Below are positions 18,603 to 26,256 of a DNA stretch of 29,172 nt, piece by piece (position 1 is the first letter of the stretch; every line of letters starts with the position of its first letter). The stretch is from a virus (taxonomy: Duplodnaviria > Heunggongvirae > Uroviricota > Caudoviricetes). Location: positions 1-29,172 of IMG/VR virus record IMGVR_UViG_3300021399_000107, one strand, 5' to 3'. Position numbers and translations under genes: made by a program. The notes beneath the pieces were generated by a model, which searched no databases, was not told the origin of the DNA, and saw nothing but the letters and a program-made list of their open reading frames with translations.

Positions 18603-18836
18603 TTACACCCGCTCAAACTCCAACATGGGGTCGATGTGCACCAGCTCGTCCCAGCTTGCACCACGTTCCAGCTCGTAGCGGATTGCTGCGGTGATGCGGG
18701 AGTTGGCTCCGTACCTGCGCGTAACGTTTTCGATAACGGTTGCCGCCATGATCGCGTCCTGCTCGTCCTCGTCTATCTGATACTCGTCCTCGTAGACCTC
18801 GCGTGCGTCAATGCTGTACAGTTCCTCAATGCTCAT
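18603..18836 (-). CDS. Hypothetical acidic protein
   Basis: GGGAGG RBS; stop in terminator loop. Confidence 0.78.
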   Translation of the reverse strand: MSIEELYSIDAREVYEDEYQIDEDEQDAIMAATVIENVTRRYGANSRITAAIRYELERGASWDELVHIDPMLEFERV

Positions 18837-18967
18837 TTCTGTGTCCCTCCCTTTCGTTCTGGATACAGTATATCACACATTGAGGGGGGAAGTCAAGTAA
18901 ATATTATGTTAAATGCAAGGCCGGCCCTAGATTTAACAAAAGCTTTACAAAATAAGAAAAGCGCCGC

Positions 18968-19231
18968 TCAACAGCGGCGCTTCTTGTTGTTAAACCATGG
19001 GGCTTCTTGCTGGTAGCGCTCATAGGCGCTAATTTTAATAAACTCGTTGTACTCTTCCAGCTGAATTTCGCGCGCTTGCAGGATTCCGCGTGTGTGTTTC
19101 ACGGAAGGCATCCGCTTTGCTCTGTCCATCGCTTCAATCATGTTAGCGCATTTGAAAGCGAATTTTATGTCGCTTTCGTGACCATTACCACAGTGTCCAC
19201 GCGGAACAGTTACCATGAAATAACGTGCCAT
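18968..19231 (-). CDS. Hypothetical phage protein (RGHxG motif)
   Basis: AGGAGG RBS; terminator over the stop. Confidence 0.8.
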   Translation of the reverse strand: MARYFMVTVPRGHCGNGHESDIKFAFKCANMIEAMDRAKRMPSVKHTRGILQAREIQLEEYNEFIKISAYERYQQEAPWFNNKKRRC

Positions 19232-19246
19232 TTTCCAGCTCCTCCT

Positions 19247-19342
19247 TTACATCGCCATAACAATGGCGTTCACGATAGAGTAAACGATGTAGAGCGCCAG
19301 TAATGCAATCGTGGAACCCATCAGAATCAGAATAGCCTTCAT
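19247..19342 (-). CDS. 31-aa single-TM peptide, not in ORF track
   Basis: MKAILILMGSTIALLALYIVYSIVNAIVMAM; first gene after the promoter. Confidence 0.65.
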   Translation of the reverse strand: MKAILILMGSTIALLALYIVYSIVNAIVMAM

Positions 19343-19501
19343 TTCAGCCCTTCCTTTCTTTCCCCTCGGTACATACATAGTATAGCACCAGACGCGCCAG
19401 AAGTCAAGTAAAGATTGTGTTAAATCGGCGGCCGGCTTTTGATTTAACGTACATTTAACGTAAGAAAAGAAAAGAAAAAAAGCGGCTTGCGCCGCTTTCT
19501 T

Positions 19502-19696
19502 TCAGAAGTCCAGCTTATCGCTGAGAATGTCATCTCCCTCCCAGCGTAGCAACATGACGCCTTCCCACTCAGAACCGTCTCGCAGCTCGCGCGCCCGATC
19601 CTTAGCTTCGTCAATGTCATAATAGTCCTCCCAAAGCTCGTCCATGAAACCATCAGACGCTTCCTTCTCAGCAATCACCGAATACCTGTACCACAT
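19502..19696 (-). CDS. Hypothetical acidic protein
   Basis: Start MWYRYS after AGGAGG. Confidence 0.75.
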   Translation of the reverse strand: MWYRYSVIAEKEASDGFMDELWEDYYDIDEAKDRARELRDGSEWEGVMLLRWEGDDILSDKLDF

Positions 19697-19844
19697 GTTT
19701 TTGTTCCTCCTTTTTCCTTTCGTTCTGTGAACATTATACCACATCGCGACCGCCTTGTCAACCCTCTTCTATGTAAATTGTATGTTAATTTCAGGGCCGG
19801 CCCTTAATTTAACATATCCTTTACAAAAAGACCCTTATGGGTCT

Positions 19845-19988
19845 TTACACGCAAATGGTTTCTACGTGCCACGGCTTGCCGGTGAGATTCGTGCGCAACG
19901 TGGCGGCTTGTTCGGCTTGTTCGCGCGTGGGGTAGTATTCGGAACCGCGGAAACCATTCCATGAATAGATAACATACATGATTCTCAT
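19845..19988 (-). CDS. Hypothetical protein (47 aa)
   Basis: Start MRIMYV after AAGGGGG. Confidence 0.7.
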   Translation of the reverse strand: MRIMYVIYSWNGFRGSEYYPTREQAEQAATLRTNLTGKPWHVETICV

Positions 19989-20113
19989 TTTGAAATCCCC
20001 CTTTCGTTCTATGAATATGATAGCACAAAATGGATAGGAGGTCAAGTTAAGTGATGGTTAATTTAGCCGCCGGCCCTCGATTTAACATACATTTTACAAT
20101 GAAATTGGCCCGC

Positions 20114-20242
20114 CTAAGCGGGCCAATTTTCTTTCATTAGTTCATCAAATTCAGCAAACGTAATTTCTTCATCGGTGGCGGCGAGATATTCCCAAAACAT
20201 GAATATCTGTTCTTCATCGCTCATTTCTTCCCATTTCTTCAT
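20114..20242 (-). CDS. 42-aa acidic protein, not in ORF track
   Basis: MKKWEEMSDEEQIFMFWEYL...; GAGGAG RBS; TAG in terminator loop. Confidence 0.7.
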   Translation of the reverse strand: MKKWEEMSDEEQIFMFWEYLAATDEEITFAEFDELMKENWPA

Positions 20243-20243
20243 G

Positions 20244-20420
20244 TTACTGTTCCTCCTCTTCGGCGGTCATGCGGCGCATCCAAATGTTAGTCATGGTCGT
20301 GTACATGTGTGCCTGCGCGCCCAAGGTAGCATCCGGATGACGTTCCATCCAATCGGTATACTGGCGGACTTCTTCGGTCTCCTGACCAATGGCACGGATG
20401 AGCAGATTCAGAAACATCAT
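20244..20420 (-). CDS. Hypothetical protein (58 aa)
   Basis: Start MMFLNL after GGGAGG. Confidence 0.72.
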   Translation of the reverse strand: MMFLNLLIRAIGQETEEVRQYTDWMERHPDATLGAQAHMYTTMTNIWMRRMTAEEEEQ

Positions 20421-20542
20421 TGTGTTTTCCTCCCTTTCACTTTCTGATAGTATTATAACACGGGTAGGGTAAAAGGTCAAGTTAAACGTATGTTAAATGG
20501 CGTGCCGGCTTTGAAATTAACATGAAATTAACGAAAAAGGGC

Positions 20543-20710
20543 TTACGCCCTTTTTAATTTCTCTGTTAGTGCCTTGAGTTTGGATTCGATGACATCCAGT
20601 CGCGCGTTCTGGTCTTTGAGCTCTTGTTCAATCTCACGCAAGTTTTGTGTTATCTTACTCAGGATTATGTATTCGTGATTGCCAACCGTGATATACTTGT
20701 TCTTCTTCAT
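20543..20710 (-). CDS. 55-aa coiled-coil protein, not in ORF track
   Basis: MKKNKYITVGNHEY...LREIEQELKDQNARLDVIESKLKALTEKLKRA; stop in terminator loop. Confidence 0.75.
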   Translation of the reverse strand: MKKNKYITVGNHEYIILSKITQNLREIEQELKDQNARLDVIESKLKALTEKLKRA

Positions 20711-20863
20711 GGTCTATCCCTCTCTTTCATTTATGTCTACATTATAGCATAAAAGCGTGTATTTGTCAATATAGAATAAGGTAAAGATTGTGTTAAAAGA
20801 CGGGCCGGCCCTGAATTTAACATAGATTTTACAAAAGAAGAAGGGCGGCTTGCGCCCTTCCTT

Positions 20864-21031
20864 TTATTCTTTGTTGTTGTCATCCGGCCACCGGATGGCA
20901 AATTCATACCAAATTTCAGCAAGAAATTGGTCATTAGGCGCCATTTCCAGACACTCGAAGAAGTAGAGGGTAGCGGGATGCTCAAAGCCGTAGGTGCGAA
21001 TGATTTTGTCCTGCATTTCCTTGATAGTCAT
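20864..21031 (-). CDS. Small protein (paralog family D)
   Basis: MTIKEMQDKIIRTYGFEHPATLYFF. Confidence 0.78.
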   Translation of the reverse strand: MTIKEMQDKIIRTYGFEHPATLYFFECLEMAPNDQFLAEIWYEFAIRWPDDNNKE

Positions 21032-21180
21032 GGTGTCAACCTCCCTTTCACTTTCTGGTAATAGTATACCATAGGGCAGAACGAAAGTCAATAGGAGGAA
21101 TGTAAAAATGGTGTGAACTTTAAGGCCGGCCCTTAATTTAACATGGATTTAACATAAGGGCGAAAAAAAGAAAAAGGCGC

Positions 21181-21321
21181 TTACGCGCCTTCTTTTTTTT
21201 CCCATTCGGTGAAGAGGGCTTCCAGTTCCTCTTCGGTCAGTCGGGCCGCCATAGTGGCTTCTTCCATAAACTCGCGCGCGTCCTCGTCCCTAAGGGTCAT
21301 GTCGCCATTCCAATCAAACAT
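21181..21321 (-). CDS. 46-aa acidic protein, not in ORF track
   Basis: MFDWNGDMTLRDEDAREF...KKEGA; AGGAGG RBS; stop in terminator loop. Confidence 0.75.
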   Translation of the reverse strand: MFDWNGDMTLRDEDAREFMEEATMAARLTEEELEALFTEWEKKEGA

Positions 21322-21454
21322 TGCTTGTTCCTCCTTTTGCTTTCTGGATATATTATACTACGGGGTGGATTATAAGTCAAGTTAAGACTATGTTAAATGC
21401 GCGGCCGGCTTTTGATTTAACATTGATTTAACATAGTGTATAAAAAGAAGGCGC

Positions 21455-21595
21455 TTATGCGCCTTCCTTCTCTGCGATCGGACGGATTATTAAATCCAAA
21501 CGATCAATCTGGAACATCCGCCACTTGAACAACTGATCGTAAGTCAACCCCGACAGGATAATTTTGTTAGTACGGACATTGTAGATTTCAAACAT
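21455..21595 (-). CDS. 46-aa protein, not in ORF track
   Basis: MFEIYNVRTNKIILSGLTYDQL...KEGA; GGGAGG RBS; stop in terminator loop. Confidence 0.75.
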   Translation of the reverse strand: MFEIYNVRTNKIILSGLTYDQLFKWRMFQIDRLDLIIRPIAEKEGA

Positions 21596-21718
21596 TGGTT
21601 TTTCCTCCCTTTCATTTTCTACATATATTATACTGCGGGGCCAGTTTCATGTCAAATTAAGATTGTGTTAAATGTGCGGCCAGCCCCTATTTTAACATGA
21701 AATTAACACTCATGGTAA

Positions 21719-21869
21719 TTAAAAAGCCGCCCGAAATGGGGCGGCTTTTCGGTTGCGCTCATATTTAGCACGGGCGCGCAAGCCGTGCCAGAACAGAATC
21801 AAGTTAGGGGATATGGGCGTTTCTGTTCGGCGTTTCCATAGAGCCCTTGCCTTAGTACAATGGAATCAT
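21719..21869 (-). pseudogene. Cassette with intact promoter/RBS/terminator but only a 5-codon ORF; probable frameshift
   Basis: ATG ATT CCA TTG TAC TAA; the +1 frame stays open to the terminator. Confidence 0.4.
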
Positions 21870-22052
21870 TCCTTTCCCCTTCGTTCTGAGAATATTATAC
21901 TACGGGCGGAGTTCTAAGTCAAGTTAAAAGAATGTTAAAAGAGGGGCCGGTTTATGATTTAACTTGAAATTAACACGAAGGCGCGCAGCTTGTGCGCCAA
22001 AAATGAAATTCGCAGCTTGCAGCTTGCAGCTTGTGTTAAGTTTAGGTTAAAT

Positions 22053-22199
22053 TTACGTTAAGCGCTCCGGTGCGCGAGGAGGTGGATTAGCAGCTTGCTT
22101 CCAGCTTGTCGCCGCGAAAATGTCGCGCAGACAGAAACCAGAGCTTGCAACAGAGCGCCCCAAGGTTAAAAATAAGTTACGATTGTATTTCATTATCAT
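22053..22199 (-). CDS. Doubtful 48-aa ORF running into repeat DNA
   Basis: Promoter and AAGGGA RBS present, but the 3' part is CAGCTT/arm repeats and there is no terminator. Confidence 0.3.
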   Translation of the reverse strand: MIMKYNRNLFLTLGRSVASSGFCLRDIFAATSWKQAANPPPRAPERLT

Positions 22200-22368
22200 A
22201 TCGTTCCCTTTTCCTTGCTATCGTTTTGTGCCTTGCCCTTCCATCACCCCTATTATACTGCAACGGCGTGTATGGTGTCAAGTAAAGATTATGTTAAAAA
22301 GAAGGCCGGCCTTTAATTTAACGCACATTTAACAAAATAGGCAAAAAGAAAAGCGGCTTTCGCCGCTT

Positions 22369-22608
22369 TTATTTCACTTGACACTCCCAGTCCCAGCTAT
22401 CATTCACAAATCGTGTGATCCGAATATGGTCCCAGCAGCCTTCCTTCACCAGCTCATTGGCGTAGAAGTCCGCATCTTCGTAGGTTTCCAGCTCTTCTTC
22501 TTCCTCATCATCATAAATGACGTCATCATCGTGGTGGGGCGCGTAGGTCACGCGGTAGGTGATTTCCTGCTCATGAGTTCCAAATTCATCATTCCAATAC
22601 TGCATCAT
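22369..22608 (-). CDS. Hypothetical acidic protein
   Basis: Start MMQYWN after AAGGAG; terminator 22345-22372. Confidence 0.78.
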   Translation of the reverse strand: MMQYWNDEFGTHEQEITYRVTYAPHHDDDVIYDDEEEEELETYEDADFYANELVKEGCWDHIRITRFVNDSWDWECQVK

Positions 22609-22854
22609 GATTGTCAACTCCTTCCCTTTTTCTGTAATCATTATACCACGCCCCACCCCAGAAGTCAAGTAAAGGTTTCGTTAATTCGCGCTTCGGGGCT
22701 ATGTAAATTTTATGTTAATTTGTGGGCCGGCCTTCTATTTAACATAGATTTAACTTTGAAATTGGAACTTTCAGGATTGTTAAGATGAAGTTAAATAATA
22801 ATTTTTAGGATAAAATAAAATTATAATTGGGGTATAATTATTAGTGAAATTAAA

Positions 22855-22990
22855 AATGAAATTACGGGAATGTTAAAATGCCGTTAAAAAATGAAATTGT
22901 TATGGGAAAATAAAATGAAATTCCCGAAAGTAATGGGAATGTTAAAAGAAAATGAAATTCCTAACATTGTTAATAAAAGAAAATGAAGTT
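22855..22990 (+). repeat. Five copies of AAATGAA(A/G)TT in an AT-rich gene-free interval
   Basis: Copies near 22855, 22889, 22913, 22950 and 22981. Confidence 0.7.
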
Positions 22991-23044
22991 AACAAAGGCG
23001 CGCGAAGCGCTACGCGGCAAAATTAAATGATGGTTAAAAAGAAG

Positions 23045-23250
23045 GCCGGCCCGCTATTTAACATACATTTAACATAAACGCGCCAGAAAAATTTTAACTT
23101 AAACTTAACATAAGCGCGCTGTTACGATTTAACGTAAACTTAACATTCGACCCGGCGCGCCTTTTAACGTAAATTTAACATAAGAGCCGGCCTGCATTTT
23201 TACCTAAACTTAACATAAGACCGGCGCGCGATTTAACATCAATTTAACAT
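23045..23250 (+). repeat. Tandem array of about six 35-bp half-elements (core-N7-TTAAC-N6-TTAAC)
   Basis: Cores at 23045, about 23081, about 23116, 23151, 23186 and 23220. Confidence 0.8.
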
Positions 23251-23299
23251 GTTGTTTTGTGTTAAAAAAGGAGCCGGCTTTCGCCGGTTCCTTTTCCTC

Positions 23300-23530
23300 T
23301 CAGTCCTCGTTGAGGATATCGAGGATGTCGGGGCGGAGGACAATGTCCTCGATGTCCTCGACCGTGTACTCAGCCGCCTCATTGTCCATGATGCGGGCCA
23401 GCTTGTTCAGCTGGGCGTCGGTCAGGCTGTTGATGGCCTCGATGGCCTCGTCGTTCATGAGAGCGGTCAAGGCGCGGATGACGGTGACGGGGTTGTGGCG
23501 GCGGGTCTCGATGGTGATGTTCATGTACAT
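23300..23530 (-). CDS. Hypothetical protein (GC-rich cassette)
   Basis: Promoter, AAGGAAGG RBS, terminator 23265-23295. Confidence 0.78.
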   Translation of the reverse strand: MYMNITIETRRHNPVTVIRALTALMNDEAIEAINSLTDAQLNKLARIMDNEAAEYTVEDIEDIVLRPDILDILNED

Positions 23531-23637
23531 TGTGGTTCCTTCCTTTCCTTTGTTCTGTGGTTATTGTACCACAGATTCCTTTGTTTGTCAACCCTTTTCG
23601 GTGTTAACTTCTTGTTTTCCGGGCCGGGCTATGGGGC

Positions 23638-24105
23638 TCAGCGCCCCATAGCCTTGTCGATGGTCTCAAGTGCGGTAATGGTCGCATCATCCGCCTTGAG
23701 ACTCAGCTTCATGCCATACAGCGTGACATCGCTGTCCATGTAGTATGGCGTGGAATCCTTCACCCAGCTTTCCAGCGGCTGGTTCAAGTACGTCATCTTG
23801 AACCACGCTTCGAAGCAGTCACCTGCGTTCCTGCCCGGCAGGCACTTGAAAACCTCATCCGGGTCGGATGCGATTTTTTTGGAGTGCCCCAGCAGCTTGC
23901 TCTTGCTCTTGCTGTGCAGGCGCAGGCGCAGTACAGCTTTCCCTTTTGTGTTCGCGCCCAGCTCGACGTCTTCGAGCAGCTTGCGCAGGTCTTCCACGCG
24001 CGCCATATACGCGTGGTGATTGTACACAAAAGCGACTATGGTCGCTTCGTGGGCGCGCGTGATCTCATACTCCGCCAAGTACTGCTTAATGATCTCTGTT
24101 TTCAT
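23638..24105 (-). CDS. Putative PD-(D/E)xK nuclease-like protein (paralog 1)
   Basis: Start MKTEII; NAGDCFE ... SD ... SLK...AT motif order. Confidence 0.55.
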   Translation of the reverse strand: MKTEIIKQYLAEYEITRAHEATIVAFVYNHHAYMARVEDLRKLLEDVELGANTKGKAVLRLRLHSKSKSKLLGHSKKIASDPDEVFKCLPGRNAGDCFEAWFKMTYLNQPLESWVKDSTPYYMDSDVTLYGMKLSLKADDATITALETIDKAMGR

Positions 24106-24274
24106 GTCGTTGCCCCCTTTCACTGTAACCATTATAGCACTTTTGCCCCTGCCTGTCAATAGCAAATCGAAATCTTAATAATTGTAACAAAAATGACATA
24201 ATTCATATTTATGCACTTTCCTGCATAAATATGCAGATGAAAATACTTATAGATGCAGAAATAAGTATCCGCGC

Positions 24275-24530
24275 GGTTAGAATAGTCTAACTGATCTTAT
24301 GACATAATAAATATTCGCTTGTTTGCCGCGCCTAACCGTTATCGTATTATAAGGATCAGTTAGACATAACTAACCGCAAAATACTTATTTTTGCATAATG
24401 ATCAGTTAGTCATAACTAACTTTGCCGCTTTAGTGTGCTAAAGTAGGTAGTTAGTCATAACTAACTGGGACGCGCTTTGGTGCTTTAGCACGCTAAAGCG
24501 CCGGCGGAGGTTAGTTAGTCATAACTAACT
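24275..24530. promoter_or_regulatory. Cluster of five palindromes GTTAG-N6-CTAAC, interleaved with two CTTTAG-N4-CTAAAG
   Basis: Copies at 24275, 24358, 24404, 24449 and 24513; outliers at 1942 and 25951. Confidence 0.8.
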
Positions 24531-24545
24531 GAGACGACGTTGGAT

Positions 24546-25800
24546 GTTAAATTTACGTTAATTTGCTGGCCGGCTCTCCTTTTAACACATATTTAACACC
24601 ATCGGCGCGCTGATTGGTCTTAACCTAAGCGCAACCTTTTCTTTCGACAAACTTAACATAAAGCCGCCCGGGCCGACTTAACGCAGCTTGCGCCTTTTCT
24701 TAACCAAAACTTAACATTCGCTTCGCTTTCAGCTCGCTTTTTCTTAACCTAAATTTAACATTGCTTGGTGCGTCCCAGCTCGCGGTGGCGTTTTAACATA
24801 AATTTAACACAGCCGTTACCAGCTTGCCACCGGAATTTAACGTAAATTTAACACAACTCGTTCAGCTTGCCAGCGCGTTAAAAAAATGTTAAATGCAGCT
24901 CGCCTCCGCGTTAAATAGGCCCCAGTGTTAAAAACAGGTTAAATTTTGGTAAAGCGGATGTTAAGTTTTTGTTAAGTTAAGGCGGAGCTCAAATTTACAT
25001 AGATTTAATAAAGATTTAACAAACATTTAACTTGACAAACTTCTTATACCGGAGCAAAAATTAACAAAAATTTAACATAACATAAATTTAACAGAAAGGC
25101 CATAAATGTTAAATTTAACAATTGTGGTTAACCTAAACTTAACACAAGAGTGTTAAGTTTAGGTTAAGTGTTAAGTTTGTGTTAAGTTTGTGTTAAGATC
25201 AGGTTAAGTCTGTGTTAAATGTTAAGAATATGTTAAACGTTTGTGTTAAGTCTGTGTTAAATGTTAAGTTTAGGTTAAGTGTCTGTGTTAAGTTTTGGTT
25301 AAGCGTTAAGTTTAGGTTAAGTGCTTATGTTAAGTTTACGTTAAGTGTTAAGCTTGTGTTAAGTTTAGGTTAAAAAAACGAACACCAGGTTAAGTTTGTG
25401 TTAAGTTTGTGTTAAGTGTTAAACCCAGGTTAAAAGCACCTCCGCCCGAATGTTAAGTTTAGGTTAAGTGTTAAATGTGTGTTAAATGTTTGTTAAATGC
25501 AGGTTAAAGGTTAAATGTTTGTTAAATTTTTGTTCAGTGTTAAAAATGTGTTAAATGTTTGTTAAGAATGTTAAATGTTAAAAATATGTTAAAAGTTTGT
25601 TAAGTTTGTTAAGTGTTAAATGTTTGTTAAATGTTTGTTAAAAATGTTAAGTGTTAAAAGTGTGTTAAATTTTTATGAAAAATGTTAAATGTTAAATCTT
25701 TGTTAAATTTTGATGACGATTGTTAAATGTTAAATTTTTATGAAATTTTTGTGACATTTGTTAAATATTAAATTTCTGTGAATTTTTTGTTACAAAAATT
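24546..25800. repeat. Dense array of TTAAC/GTTAA arm motifs at 11-bp (and 7-bp) spacing with polarity switch at about 25148
   Basis: Mostly TTAAC left of a perfect 18-bp inverted repeat (25128-25145 / 25150-25167), essentially only GTTAA right of it, decaying into an AT-rich tract. Confidence 0.92.
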
Positions 25801-26256
25801 TAATATTAAATTTTTGTAACATTTTTAATAAAAATTTAATATTTCGGTTAGTGATGTCGAATACTTATATGAGCAGAATAGTAAAGGAACAAAACTATTA
25901 TGCAAGCAGAATAGTGAATACAGCAAACTATTATACTGTCAGAAGGATCATGTTAGCTGTCTCTAACTGCTATGACGTCATAAAAGTAAAGAGACTAAAT
26001 TATTATGCGTCTGTAATAGTGTAATGAGTAAACTATTATAGTCTCGCAAGAGTTTGACGTTGCTAACACTTGTATGCACATATGTATATACAAGACTGTA
26101 TAATGCTGTATATACATGTATGTATATACATGAAAAAATGGAATGGGTATCATGAAAAAAAAGAATGGAAAAAACTATTGACAAAAACGCGCCACGGGTG
26201 TATTATACGCATGTACCGCGGGCGGGAAAAGCCGCCGGGTTAAAGGAGACTTAACA

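Larger units (their letters stand above)
2027..24158. promoter_or_regulatory. Series of about 45 near-consensus sigma-A/sigma-70 promoters, about one per cassette
   Basis: TTG(A)C(T/A)-N17-TATAAT/TATACT, often with TG extension; e.g. + 2027-2055, + 3743-3771, - 11417-11389; visible on the + strand as recurring tattata/agtata ... agtcaa/tgtcaa. Confidence 0.9.
1986..24586. repeat. Dispersed palindromic cassette-junction element GT(T/A)AA-N7-GCCGGC-N7-TT(A/T)AC, 45 copies
   Basis: 30-bp core starts at 1986, 2709, 3314, 3702, 4046, 4648, 5314, 5819, 6691, 7164, 8381, 8862, 9744, 10094, 10748, 11440, 12272, 12594, 13112, 13646, 14221, 14794, 15384, 15669, 16000, 16424, 16853, 17160, 17613, 18200, 18546, 18908, 19419, 19784, 20057, 20492, 20792, 21113, 21392, 21667, 21934, 22293, 22714, 23033, 24557; 7/6/7 spacing identical in all; a few have one mismatch in the core or arm. 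Confidence 0.97.

Noticed and set aside
1986-22743. CRISPR array interpretation of the regularly recurring palindrome
   Set aside because: Intervals are 270-1200 bp and contain whole genes, repeats are degenerate in the N7 positions, and no cas genes are present.
1986-22743. Classical integron attC sites
   Set aside because: Arms fit GTTRRRY/RYYYAAC but in the reverse order to attC. The N7 spacers generally do not pair into a long hairpin, cassettes have their own promoters and both orientations, and no intI is in the window.
2709-22743. Canonical dif/pdif sites
   Set aside because: No XerC arm plus 6-bp central region adjoins the XerD-like arms; only half-site similarity is claimed.
2764-24165. 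N-terminal extensions in the ORF track (e.g. MTLIPIYAIL, MLYYSQ, MTFYPTRVII)
   Set aside because: They are translations through the promoter (TTG of TTGAC, TATAAT/TATACT); real starts follow the RBS further downstream.
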